NCBI GenBank assembly: GCA_001780285.1
Contig: MFGN01000034.1
Span: 10,462 to 74,461, forward strand
Length of the DNA stretch: 64,000 bases
Direction of reading: 5' to 3'
Origin: Candidatus Falkowbacteria bacterium RIFOXYD12_FULL_34_57
Lineage (GTDB): Bacteria > Patescibacteriota > Patescibacteriia > Patescibacteriales > UBA12075
In this document: positions 28,344 through 38,183 of the stretch, piece by piece
Layout of the letters: each line of letters starts with the position of its first letter
Numbering within the stretch: the first letter of the stretch is position 1
Program-made: the position numbers and the translations under genes
The notes under the pieces: model-generated
Database searches by the model: none
What the model saw: only the letters and a program-made list of their open reading frames with translations
Told to the model about the DNA's origin: nothing

Positions 28344-29722
28344 TACTTCACCTCCTTCGTAATCATCTCGATTGGATTGCCATTAATTATTCCGCTGGAC
28401 ATAATATTGCTCATTACCTGAGCTTTCCTTATTTTTATCAATCTCTCTCCGCCAACACCCTCTACCGCTTTTTCTCTTTGCTGTGTCTGCGAGGCGATAG
28501 CATTATTAACTGCCGTAAGACCCAAAGAGCTTTTCTGAGTAAAATACAGATTTGCCTCGGCTTCAATGGCGTTAGCCTCCGACAAACCGCGCTGTTTTTC
28601 AGCTCCAACCCTTGCCAAACCTTCAGCATCAACCCTTCTAAGTTCCGCTTCTTTGGTCATCTGAGCCAGTCTAGCTGTTTTTAATTCTTCCTCTACAACC
28701 TGAAGATTTTTCTCAAAAATTTTCTGTTCAATATTTTTGTCTTCAAAATAAAATGTCTCCAAGAGACAATCCAATATCTCTATTCCATCCGGAGCCCATA
28801 TTTCTCTAAGCTTCTCTAATAATTTTTGATTCTTCTGGTGAAGATAATTATTTTCAGGATTTTTCGGATCCGGAAGATAAAATCCATCCTGACTAAGTCC
28901 GCCAAAGAATTTTATAGCCTCTGTTTCAATGATATTGTTAACATTTTTGCTTATTCTATCGGTTTTTAGGCCTGTTCTTAAGTTTAGCTGGTATGGACCG
29001 CCGTGGATAAGTTTGCCATCTTTATTGTACTTTGGCTCCTTATACGGCTTATAGGGAACAACCAGTCTAACTTGAACATAGGTATTGCTCTTGTTGGGCA
29101 TTCTAAGCCCGGTATTAGGAACTACTTCGTCAAAATATTCCCCCAAAACAACTTTGACCTCTGGGATAAATTCAGCGTATCGAATGCTACAATCCATGGG
29201 CACAATGCTCTGTAACCACGGAATTCTAAATACCCTCCCTGGTCCGGATACCGCAACATCGGAAATACCAAAGAGTATATTTTTCCGCACAGCACCCTCA
29301 TTTGGTCCAAGCGGTACGGTAAATCCCAAAAAATATACAAAATACAAAACTCCAATAATGTTCAGCGTCCAAATAATGCGCCCAAAGAGCCCCATTTTTT
29401 TCTTTTCTTCCGGTTCGGGTTCTGTATTCTGAAAATCTCCACCTTCTTCCAACTGTCCCTCTTCTGTTTTTTCTTTTGAATCAAGAACGGCGGGTAGTGC
29501 CATTACCGAAGATTCGGCATTGCTGTTTTCTACGTCTTCACTTACCGCATCCCCCGCTACACCCTCTACCCTTTTTGCTTTTTTCTTAAAAAGCACTTTG
29601 ATTAAATTTACGGGCACCATCAAAATGAAACCCACAAATCTTAATGCCCAATGCCCCTTCTTTAGTCCCCCTGCCGTTGTTTGAACAACACCATCTGCGT
29701 CTTTCTTTTTGTTCCAAAACAT
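28343..29722 (-). CDS. SPFH/band-7-like membrane protein
   Basis: TM followed by VPLGPNEGAVR...GPG..FRIPWLQ and an EA-rich coiled coil; TAATG overlap couples it to the next gene. Confidence 0.7.
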   Translation of the reverse strand: MFWNKKKDADGVVQTTAGGLKKGHWALRFVGFILMVPVNLIKVLFKKKAKRVEGVAGDAVSEDVENSNAESSVMALPAVLDSKEKTEEGQLEEGGDFQNTEPEPEEKKKMGLFGRIIWTLNIIGVLYFVYFLGFTVPLGPNEGAVRKNILFGISDVAVSGPGRVFRIPWLQSIVPMDCSIRYAEFIPEVKVVLGEYFDEVVPNTGLRMPNKSNTYVQVRLVVPYKPYKEPKYNKDGKLIHGGPYQLNLRTGLKTDRISKNVNNIIETEAIKFFGGLSQDGFYLPDPKNPENNYLHQKNQKLLEKLREIWAPDGIEILDCLLETFYFEDKNIEQKIFEKNLQVVEEELKTARLAQMTKEAELRRVDAEGLARVGAEKQRGLSEANAIEAEANLYFTQKSSLGLTAVNNAIASQTQQREKAVEGVGGERLIKIRKAQVMSNIMSSGIINGNPIEMITKEVK

Positions 29723-30081
29723 AGTCTTTCCTCCAAATTAAAGGTTAAGGTTACGCGCAAAAAACTTTTAAATTCCCCCATTTAAACATTTAAGTTGTTA
29801 ATGATCTTTTATGTAAAACACAATAAATCGTTATAACCAACTCAAAAAATAACCATGGTTATCCCCTGAAAAATCGCTTATAAAAATATTATTATTTGTA
29901 AATTACTAACCCCTCTTTATATCATAAATTTGACAAATTGTCAAGAAAATTTAACACAAATACAGCATAAGCTTAGTGAGCAGAAAATATTTACTAATAT
30001 TTGGTAATATTTTAAACTATAAAAAGACCGCCACGGAGCGGTCTTAAATAATTAAATAATAAATTTTGCGTCCCAAAAAAA

Positions 30082-30642
30082 TTAATTTCCGGTTTTAATT
30101 TCTGCTATATAAATAATTTTTTTATTCAGAACATCATATATTTCCATCATGGGCACTTCTCCATAGCCTTTTTCGCTCATATACTCATTAATACGTGGAT
30201 ACACGCGAAAAACTCCGGCCATAATCGACACCCTATTCTTAAAAGGAAATTCTACTACCAAAGAATTTTTTTTATCTATCTTTTTAAGTTGATATTGCTT
30301 GTTTTGTAATTCATGAATCCTCTCCACACTACCATCCTCCAGAATGCATCCTGTGTCACTCCTCAATTTATCCTTTACTACTTTTTGAGGATCGTCATAA
30401 TAAATACCAAATCCTTTATATGTCCGTATCTCTTCTTCTAGCAATAATTTTTGATAAATCTTTTCCTGAATTTTTCCGGTATCTTGGTATGGTCCTTCAT
30501 AACCTTCATAAACAACATAATACGGCCCCATTTCTCTTTCGGTAATCTCAATCTTATAAAAAAAACCAACATACCATGCAAATAATAAAACCAATAGGCC
30601 AAAAATAATAAACCAAATAATAAATTTCTTGGAATTTGACAT
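30082..30642 (-). CDS. GyrI-like small-molecule-binding protein
   Basis: N-terminal TM, GPY, FGIYYDDP..V....LRSD.G and MEIY motifs. Confidence 0.8.
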   Translation of the reverse strand: MSNSKKFIIWFIIFGLLVLLFAWYVGFFYKIEITEREMGPYYVVYEGYEGPYQDTGKIQEKIYQKLLLEEEIRTYKGFGIYYDDPQKVVKDKLRSDTGCILEDGSVERIHELQNKQYQLKKIDKKNSLVVEFPFKNRVSIMAGVFRVYPRINEYMSEKGYGEVPMMEIYDVLNKKIIYIAEIKTGN

Positions 30643-30717
30643 AAATTTTATTATATTAATAATAATTATTATCCCAAGGACGCAAAATACAACTGGAAAT
30701 GAAGAGAGCGGGTGGGC

Positions 30718-32031
30718 TTATCTATTCTCCCACTCATCAGTCTGCCTGACCAGCAGTTCTTCCGCCTTTAAGGGGTCTCTCATTATTTCTTTGACAACCT
30801 TTTCCATCCTAACTCCCTGCGAGCCCTTTATTAATAACAAATCCCCCTCCCTCATGCGCTCTTGCGCAAATCTTCCGGCCTGAACCGCATCAGGAAAATG
30901 AAAAATATTATCTCTCTTCATTCCAGCCCCTTCTGCTCCCCGCGCTATATCACGAGACCGCTCTCCTACGGTTATCAATTTATCAATTTTTGATTCAAAA
31001 ATATGTTTCCCCACCATTCTATGACCTTCCTCGCAAAAAATGCCCAACTCCAGCATATCACCCAAAATAGCAAATCTCCTTGCGTCCTCTCTTATGGGAA
31101 TGGCGGATAAAACATCCAAGGCCAACAAAGAAGATTCCGGAGATGAATTATAAGTATCATCAATAAGCAGCGTATTTTTAATGCCGGGCAAAACCCTCAT
31201 TCTCCCCTTGGGCTGTTCCATAGTCTTTAAACCCTCGGCAACATCAATTAAATTCATTTCATAAACAATCCCCAGAGAAGCACCGGCCAAAGCCGCATAA
31301 ACAGAGGCTTTACTGATAACTTCCGGCAAAAAAACAGGAACAAAAGAACCCTGATATGAAAGTTTAAAATTAATACCGGATAAAAACTCTTCTCTTCCTG
31401 CGCCATCCGCGTTCTTCTTGCTATAATGGAAAATAACTTCGCGCGCGCGCACTGCTGCATTTTCACCGAATCCATAACTAAGTATCCGCGCCCTGCTTCT
31501 ATCTCCTGTTTTTTTAACTTTTTCGTCATCATAATTAAGCACCGCAAAGCCATTCTTGGGCAAACTCTCTATCAATTTTCCCTTTTCTTTTTCTATTTTT
31601 TCCACTGAACCAAAAAATTTCAAATGAGAGTGTCCGATAATTGTCACTACACCCACCTTGCACGGCGCAATGGACAATAAATATGACATATCGCCCGCCC
31701 GGTCAATTCCCATTTCCAAAACCAATATCTTTGGATAGTATTTATTGCGGAAAAATATCAACTTGGCAGCCTTTAAAAAAATAATCATCCAACCAATGGC
31801 AGATCTGCCAGCGGATTTGGCGCCAATAATGGTGAGCGGTAAACCGATTTCGTTATTATAATTTTTTATATTCTTGCGGACATTAAACCGCGTTGACAAG
31901 ACAGCATAAATGGCGTTTTTCGCGCTGGTTTTACCCACGCTGCCGGTAATTCCGATAATATCCGGCTTGTATTTTACCAAGATAATCTTCGCTAAAATTT
32001 TTAATTTGAATTGTAATAATTTTTTTAACAT
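30718..32031 (-). CDS. murF: UDP-MurNAc-tripeptide--D-Ala-D-Ala ligase
   Basis: GITGSVGKTS, NNEIGLPLT, DDTYNSSPES, LGDMLELG and KGSQ motifs. Confidence 0.96.
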   Translation of the reverse strand: MLKKLLQFKLKILAKIILVKYKPDIIGITGSVGKTSAKNAIYAVLSTRFNVRKNIKNYNNEIGLPLTIIGAKSAGRSAIGWMIIFLKAAKLIFFRNKYYPKILVLEMGIDRAGDMSYLLSIAPCKVGVVTIIGHSHLKFFGSVEKIEKEKGKLIESLPKNGFAVLNYDDEKVKKTGDRSRARILSYGFGENAAVRAREVIFHYSKKNADGAGREEFLSGINFKLSYQGSFVPVFLPEVISKASVYAALAGASLGIVYEMNLIDVAEGLKTMEQPKGRMRVLPGIKNTLLIDDTYNSSPESSLLALDVLSAIPIREDARRFAILGDMLELGIFCEEGHRMVGKHIFESKIDKLITVGERSRDIARGAEGAGMKRDNIFHFPDAVQAGRFAQERMREGDLLLIKGSQGVRMEKVVKEIMRDPLKAEELLVRQTDEWENR

Positions 32032-32063
32032 GTAACAAGTAACAGATAACAGGCAACAAGTAA
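32026..32063. repeat. Left heptamer arm of the four-helix-bundle cassette
   Basis: TAACATG TAACAAG TAACAGA TAACAGG CAACAAG. Confidence 0.8.
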
Positions 32064-32084
32064 ACCTATTTTCTATTAATTAAT

Positions 32085-32423
32085 TTATTTATATAGCATT
32101 GCCCCAATTTCATCGGACAATTCCACTAATAATTTATAATTATTTTGATTTATATACTTCTCAATTAATGAAAAGTGTAATAAATATTTAGATTCTTTTA
32201 ATGAACCATAAGAAATTTTTAAAAAATTATTATATACTTTACAATCATCACCATTTCTACGGGCAAAACCTTCTACATAATTCAAAACAACAGACAATGT
32301 CAACCTCCTTATTTGTGAAGTAATTCCATAAATTTCATTTTTGGGAAATTTTTTAGTAACCCTATAAAAATCATGTGCATATTTATCCATTTTAATTTTC
32401 AAATTTTCACAATAATTACTCAT
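32085..32423 (-). CDS. Four helix bundle protein (23S rRNA IVP / Avd-like family)
   Basis: YRVTKKFPKNEIYGITSQIRR..S...NYVEGFAR...FLKISYGSLKE. Confidence 0.92.
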   Translation of the reverse strand: MSNYCENLKIKMDKYAHDFYRVTKKFPKNEIYGITSQIRRLTLSVVLNYVEGFARRNGDDCKVYNNFLKISYGSLKESKYLLHFSLIEKYINQNNYKLLVELSDEIGAMLYK

Positions 32424-32432
32424 AATTATTAA

Positions 32433-32460
32433 TGTTGCTTGTTACTTATTATTTATTACC
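32433..32460. repeat. Right (inverted) heptamer arm of the four-helix-bundle cassette
   Basis: TGTTGCT TGTTACT TATTATT TATTACC, complementary to the left arm. Confidence 0.7.
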
Positions 32461-32465
32461 CGAAA

Positions 32466-34370
32466 TCACCTCTCCTTTGGCACTTGATAATAATTTAATA
32501 TAAACTCGGCCAACCTACTAAACAGGGGCGCGGCGGAAGATGCGGAAAATCGGACATTTCTTGGATTATCCAATTTTACAAGCATTACAAATTTGGGGTC
32601 ATCAACTGGAGCAAATCCCACAAAAGTATGAATTGTCTCGTCTCCGTATCCGCTTCTATCACGACTTGCAACCTGCGCAGTACCGGTTTTACCTGCAACA
32701 TAATACCCTTCCACGGCTGCCATTTTAGCATGTCCCCCGTCAACCACATTAACCATCATCCCGGAAGTAAGCAGTGCTGTTTTTTCAGATACCACCCTTC
32801 TAATTTGCCGCGGCTCGGTAATCTGTTCCCCCTCGGAAGATACAATTTTACCAACTATATATGGTTTCATTAATATTCCGCCATTAGCAATGGCCGCAAA
32901 AGCAGTGATAACTTGAAGAGGGGTAACGGTAATTCCCTGTCCAAATGAGGCGGTGGCCACCTCTACTGGACGAATAACTTTTCTGGTTAATCCCCTAATA
33001 TCACCGGCGTATTCAGTCTCTAGTTCTATGCCGGTCTTTTCGCCAAAACCAAAATTTTTAACATACTGAGCAAATTTTTCTTCCCCCGTTTTTCGCATTA
33101 CAAATATTGATCCGGTATTTAGTGATGCCTCCAAAACTGTTACCATGTCCACTATGCCATGCGGGCCATAAGTGTCAAAATCAGAATTTTTAATAGGCTT
33201 ATTCCAACCCTCAACCATAATAAAGCCTTTATCCTCATAAACAGTTTCCGGCGCTATAGCTCCACTATCAATACCGGCCGCTATGGTCATTATCTTAAAA
33301 ATAGATCCCGGTTCATATTGATCAAATATGGCCGGATTGTTATATAACCGTACATCTTCCACTTTATTATAATTATTAGAATCATAGCTCGGCCAAGAAC
33401 ACATTGCGATTATCGCTCCGGTTTTTGGCTCCATGACAATGACTGTTCCGCTATCAGCTCCGTACTCAGGAACGGCCTTGGAAAGTTTTTCGCATATCAC
33501 AAACTGAATAGAACGATTAATTGTCAAAACCAAATCTTGTCCATTAATTGGCTTATGGAACTCCCGATCGTTTATAATAATAAGCCCCCCCTGGGCTGCT
33601 CTTTCTGTTTTTATTGAACCCATTGTTCCGGAAAGCTCTTCATTAAAAAATCCTTCAAGTCCATACATTCCCGCGTCTCTGTTTCCCACAAAGCCAAAAA
33701 CATGAGAGCCGAGGCGGATATCCGGATAATACCGATAGGTTTCCATTGTGTAATATACCCCCTCTAATTTCAACTCTAAAAGCTGATCTAATTTCTCTTT
33801 GGTAATCTTATTTCTAATTGGCTCATATGGGTCGTTTGGTTTTGATAATTTTTCTATATATTCTTTTATAATTTGTTCCTTCCTTTCTTTTGCCTCTATC
33901 TCTTTTTTTATTTTTCGAAATTCTTCTTTTTGTTTGTCGATTATATTTCCCTCTTCATCATACATATCACGAAAATATTCATCTTCTTCCAATGTTTCCT
34001 CGATTTCCCGAAGCACTTCTTCGTGATCAAAAAATTCATATAATTTTTCTGCTACTTCTTGCGGGTTATGAATATCTTCAGGAACCGCAAAAATTGAAGC
34101 AAATTCCTTGTTGGTTGCTACCGGATAAAGATTTTTTCCAAAAATATATGGGTCATTCTGTACGAATATTTTTCCTCTCTCCGGATTTAACTTGCTAAAA
34201 ACCTGATGTTGGTCCATTGCAAGCGCTACATATAAATCATATTTTAATATTTGTAATTCGTATAGTTTAAATAAAACAAAACCCACTAATAAAAAAATAA
34301 TCGCCATAACAAACTGCAGACGATTGACATTAATTTTTTTATTATTTTTTTTGTTTCTTCGAAAATTCAT
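32466..34370 (-). CDS. ftsI: Class B penicillin-binding protein
   Basis: RG.I, R.YP, GLE, EPGSIFK (SxxK), SLN and KTGTAQ motifs; dcw position. Confidence 0.9.
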   Translation of the reverse strand: MNFRRNKKNNKKINVNRLQFVMAIIFLLVGFVLFKLYELQILKYDLYVALAMDQHQVFSKLNPERGKIFVQNDPYIFGKNLYPVATNKEFASIFAVPEDIHNPQEVAEKLYEFFDHEEVLREIEETLEEDEYFRDMYDEEGNIIDKQKEEFRKIKKEIEAKERKEQIIKEYIEKLSKPNDPYEPIRNKITKEKLDQLLELKLEGVYYTMETYRYYPDIRLGSHVFGFVGNRDAGMYGLEGFFNEELSGTMGSIKTERAAQGGLIIINDREFHKPINGQDLVLTINRSIQFVICEKLSKAVPEYGADSGTVIVMEPKTGAIIAMCSWPSYDSNNYNKVEDVRLYNNPAIFDQYEPGSIFKIMTIAAGIDSGAIAPETVYEDKGFIMVEGWNKPIKNSDFDTYGPHGIVDMVTVLEASLNTGSIFVMRKTGEEKFAQYVKNFGFGEKTGIELETEYAGDIRGLTRKVIRPVEVATASFGQGITVTPLQVITAFAAIANGGILMKPYIVGKIVSSEGEQITEPRQIRRVVSEKTALLTSGMMVNVVDGGHAKMAAVEGYYVAGKTGTAQVASRDRSGYGDETIHTFVGFAPVDDPKFVMLVKLDNPRNVRFSASSAAPLFSRLAEFILNYYQVPKER

Positions 34371-34490
34371 AATTTAAGTCTATTCCATCATCACAATCCG
34401 CCAAATGGCGGAAAAGTAATCTTGTTGCAAACAAGGTCTAAAGATTACCATATCATCGTTATCCCCCCTTCTTTTTTTGTGGCGACAATT

Positions 34491-34811
34491 CTACTTTCTA
34501 GCCACCGTTTCCGGGCTAATCAGAATATAATCCACTTTTTCAACTTTAACCATTTTCAGTTCTTCTGCTTTTTTGGTGATATTATCATAAGATTCTAGTT
34601 CCATTATTTTTAATTTTATCTCCTTGTTTTGCTTGTTGATTTCCGCAACTTCCAATTTTAGCTTCTGCAGGACAAAGCCCTTAATAGAAAGATCATTAGC
34701 ACTAACCACAAAATAAATTCCGCAGACCAAAATCATGGCCATGATGAATTTATTCAAAATTCCATGGGCCAACAAAAATTTACTTTTTATGTTTTTTTGT
34801 TTTTGTGTCAT
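34491..34811 (-). CDS. ftsL: FtsL-like cell division protein
   Basis: Single TM plus coiled coil, located between rsmH and ftsI. Confidence 0.65.
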   Translation of the reverse strand: MTQKQKNIKSKFLLAHGILNKFIMAMILVCGIYFVVSANDLSIKGFVLQKLKLEVAEINKQNKEIKLKIMELESYDNITKKAEELKMVKVEKVDYILISPETVARK

Positions 34812-34821
34812 TGTTTTTATT

Positions 34822-35763
34822 TTATATCTTCTCTGCCACCCTCATCTTGGCGCTTCTGGCTCGATTATTTTTTTTTATCTCCTCCTCCGTCGGTGTAATA
34901 ATTTTTTTTGTAATAATCCTTAATTCTGCTTTATGCGCGCACCTGCAAATAGGGGCTTCCGAGGGACAAATACAATCTTTGGTCTTTTCTTTAAAAAAAT
35001 GCTTTACAATTCTATCCTCCAAGCTATGATAAGACACTACCACTATTCGCCCGTTACTGCGAAGCAGGTCTGGGCTATTCTCCAGCACCATTCTTAAATT
35101 CTCCAATTCCTTATTTGTCTCTATTCTCAAGGCTTGAAAAGTTCTGGTGGCAAAATGTATTTTTCCCTGTTTATATTGAAATGGAACCGCTGATTCAATT
35201 ATTTTTAACAATTCTCCTGTTGTTTTTATTGATTTATTTTTTCGAACCCCTACTATGGCACGGCTTATCTGACGGGCAAACCTTTCCTCGCCATAATTTT
35301 TTATAATATTTTCTAAATTCTTTTCATTATAATTATTTACAATTTCCAAAGTAGAACATTCACTCTTTTCACCGAAAGACATATTGAGGGGGGTGTCAAA
35401 TTGAAAAGACATTCCCCTATTACGATCACCAAGCTGAGCCGATGATAAGCCTAAATCCATAACAATGCCGTCAAACTTTATTTCTCCGCAATTATTTTTT
35501 ACGATATCAGACAAGTTTCTAAAATTATCCTTTATTATTTTTATATTTTTTAGTTTTTTTTCCTTTATTTTAATGCGTGCATTTTCTATAGCCATATCAT
35601 CTGCATCAATAGCCAAGACCATACCTCCCTCTCCAACCATTTTAGCAATAGCAAAAGTATAACCACCTCCACCCAGAGTGCAATCCACAAAATTTTTACC
35701 CGGTCCCGGTTTAAGATATTCCAGTGCTTCCGTAAGCATTACTGGAATGTGTTCATATTTCAT
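34822..35763 (-). CDS. rsmH: 16S rRNA m4C1402 methyltransferase
   Basis: HIPVM, DCTLGGGG, DLGLSS.Q, ATRTFQALRI, SYHSLEDR and RARSAKMR motifs. Confidence 0.97.
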   Translation of the reverse strand: MKYEHIPVMLTEALEYLKPGPGKNFVDCTLGGGGYTFAIAKMVGEGGMVLAIDADDMAIENARIKIKEKKLKNIKIIKDNFRNLSDIVKNNCGEIKFDGIVMDLGLSSAQLGDRNRGMSFQFDTPLNMSFGEKSECSTLEIVNNYNEKNLENIIKNYGEERFARQISRAIVGVRKNKSIKTTGELLKIIESAVPFQYKQGKIHFATRTFQALRIETNKELENLRMVLENSPDLLRSNGRIVVVSYHSLEDRIVKHFFKEKTKDCICPSEAPICRCAHKAELRIITKKIITPTEEEIKKNNRARSAKMRVAEKI

Positions 35764-35988
35764 AATACTACCGCCCTTGTCCGCGCTGATATAATCATTG
35801 ATAAATCATTGTTGTCCACTAGGGGCGCCTTGATGATTCTTACCCTGACACTCCTATTTTTACAGTCCGAAACTAACTGGCATTTTATTTTTTTTGTCAT
35901 ATTTTATTTTTATTTTTACCTATCCGCCTTATTTTGGCGGTTTTTTATTTTACAATTCAAAAATATAAAATTGTAATTCTTTGTTTTA

Positions 35989-36420
35989 TTATACCCCAAG
36001 ATCTCCAAGTGTTTCCGCAATTTCAGAACTTTCTTTTTCAGCCCCCGCCTTATATTTATTCCAAATTTCTTCATTCCAGATTTCCAGGCGATCATAGAGT
36101 CCGGCTATCACTGATTTTTTCTCAAGAGAAGCAAATTCTATTAAATAATCAGGGAGATTAATTCTTCCCTGATTATCAAAATCAACATCCATAGCACCGG
36201 CCAGCATTAATCTGGAAAATGCCCTTGCTTTTGATTGGCTAATAGGCAAATTAGCAAATTTCTCGGCTATTTTTTCCCATTGTTTTTTAGAATACAAAAA
36301 GAGACAGTTGTCGAGCCCCCTGGTGACAACCGCTCCCCCCTTTAACGCGGAGCGAAATTTGGCAGGAACTGCCAATCTCCCCTTGTCGTCAAGATTATGT
36401 TTGTATTCGCCGATAAACAT
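35989..36420 (-). CDS. mraZ: Transcriptional regulator MraZ
   Basis: MFIGEY.H.LDDKGRL, DNQGRI and RLEIW motifs. Confidence 0.97.
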   Translation of the reverse strand: MFIGEYKHNLDDKGRLAVPAKFRSALKGGAVVTRGLDNCLFLYSKKQWEKIAEKFANLPISQSKARAFSRLMLAGAMDVDFDNQGRINLPDYLIEFASLEKKSVIAGLYDRLEIWNEEIWNKYKAGAEKESSEIAETLGDLGV

Positions 36421-36762
36421 TAAGTTTGGCTTAAAATTAAAAATGTAAAAATCAAAAATAATTTTTGATATTACAATTTATTATTATGAACACATTAAAC
36501 AGATACCCTAATAAGCATCTGTTTTTTTATAGTCTCTATCGCCCACTAAGGCTCAAGAGGAGGCTGATCAAATGTTTTTTTCAATGATCAGACCCCTTCT
36601 TCGCCTTAATTTTTTGTTTTAGCATCCCCATGCTTTTTGATAAAATTTTTGTTTTTGTTAATTGGCGTTAAATGTCTAAGCCAATTGTTTTGTTTTTATT
36701 TAAATTTTTGTTTTCACAGAACGATTTAAAAGATGTCTCTTTTGGGGTGGATTTTTTATTAT

Positions 36763-36826
36763 CTCCACTATTCCCCACCCTTCACCATCATACTTTAATT
36801 ATACACCACTTTTACCCAATTGTCAA
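36763..36826 (-). promoter_or_regulatory. dcw promoter with MraZ boxes
   Basis: Perfect TTGACA(36826-36821)-17-TATAAT(36803-36798), with GTGG-like repeats at 10-bp spacing (36765, 36775, 36785; 36806, 36816). Confidence 0.8.
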
Positions 36827-36941
36827 TTTACAAAAACTACCACCAAATTACCTAATGTCAGTAAAAATAAAAACAAAAAGTCATACTTGTTGATAAGTAT
36901 GACTTATAAAAAATCACTTAATTTTTACGAGTTGTCAACAG

Positions 36942-37334
36942 TTAATCCACAACGGATCTTTTTGAAATTAAAATATTGGGCACTCCTCCATATTCAGGCT
37001 TTACTATGCTGAATTCTTTTCCCACCCCCCCCTTTTTTTTCACATTATTCTTATCTACCGCATAAACAGGAATCCCCAGAGCATATCCCATTGCATTGGC
37101 GGTTATCACCCCGATTCTAAGTGAGGTAAAACTAGCGCCGTAATTTACTACATTAACCCCCTTAATACCTTTTAAGCTAAACTTTAGACCCTTTAAGAGA
37201 TTATCTATCTCAGGCAATAACTTTTCACAATGTTGAAAACCGGCATCTATAGTGCTAGAACCGATTTCCTTATTTTTATCTAAAATAGCGACAAATATCC
37301 GAGATTTATCGCTAGTGTCAATATGTAAAATCAT
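36942..37334 (-). CDS. tsaB: Short TsaB (t6A biosynthesis)
   Basis: MILHIDTS, H.EKLLP.I and SFTSLRIG...ANAM motifs; only the N-terminal domain is present. Confidence 0.85.
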   Translation of the reverse strand: MILHIDTSDKSRIFVAILDKNKEIGSSTIDAGFQHCEKLLPEIDNLLKGLKFSLKGIKGVNVVNYGASFTSLRIGVITANAMGYALGIPVYAVDKNNVKKKGGVGKEFSIVKPEYGGVPNILISKRSVVD

Positions 37335-37349
37335 AAAAATTTTACTCAC

Positions 37350-37424
37350 AGTTATTGCGAGTGGAGCGAAGTAATTCCGTTAACAACGAAATTGCTTCGC
37401 CCACTTCATTCACTCGCAATAACA
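37350..37424. repeat. REP-like palindromic element
   Basis: GTTATTGCGAGTG...GCGAAGTAATT...AATTGCTTCGC...CACTCGCAATAAC nested IR. Confidence 0.75.
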
Positions 37425-37428
37425 AAAC

Positions 37429-38094
37429 CTAAATCAAACCCAACTCATTGATTACTATAATTTTTCGACGCTCTAAAATATCATACAAAAAAACATCGGT
37501 AATGTCTTTTCTATACTTAAACTCTTTCACCTCCATTACTGTATAATTTATTTCTCTGCCCATCTCTTCCTCTAGGTCATTTATTAATCTTATTAATTTC
37601 TCCTTGTTAAAACGGCCAACTAAGAATAAATCAACGCTGGCTTCTGCATCATTTACAAAAAATCCACTCAAAATCATAACCTTTGGCTTTCCTGTTTTTT
37701 GCACCTTTTCTATAAAATCTTCTTCATACAGAATCTGCGCCTTTAATATCAAGCTCTTAATTTCCTCAAATAAAATAAACCCGGGATTTACTTGATAATA
37801 TTTCTTCTCTTGTCCGCTCGCCCTGGCTTCAATCTTGGCCCGCTTGGTTTTTTTCTTTTTTGTCAATTCATCCGAAACAATTGGATCAAGCGCCTTTTCT
37901 TTATTTTCATCTTCTGCGTCTATCGTCATTAATAAACCAAATTTTTCCAGATTTTCAAGTTCTCTTCTTGTAGAATTTAGTTGAAGCTTTAGATCTCTGC
38001 TAATTTCCCTAATATAAAACTTTTTATCCGGGTGGATTAAAAATAATTTAAGAATTTTCACCCTGGCATTTGAACCAAATAGTTTTCCTAACAT
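37429..38094 (-). CDS. Winged-HTH protein with nucleotidyltransferase-like C-terminus
   Basis: LFGSNARVKIL...YIREISR...RELENLE..GLL and LSG.F......VDLFLVG...GREINY. Confidence 0.8.
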   Translation of the reverse strand: MLGKLFGSNARVKILKLFLIHPDKKFYIREISRDLKLQLNSTRRELENLEKFGLLMTIDAEDENKEKALDPIVSDELTKKKKTKRAKIEARASGQEKKYYQVNPGFILFEEIKSLILKAQILYEEDFIEKVQKTGKPKVMILSGFFVNDAEASVDLFLVGRFNKEKLIRLINDLEEEMGREINYTVMEVKEFKYRKDITDVFLYDILERRKIIVINELGLI

Positions 38095-38183
38095 AATAGT
38101 GTTATAATGACAAATACACAAATCTAGTTGAATTTATACTCCTTTTTATAGTATAATAACTTATAGAAATAAAGTCAAAAAAC

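Noticed and set aside
32085..32423. Four-helix-bundle gene as the Avd of a local DGR
   Set aside because: No adjacent RT or TR, about 17 kb from the target-like gene, and the motif fits the general IVP family.
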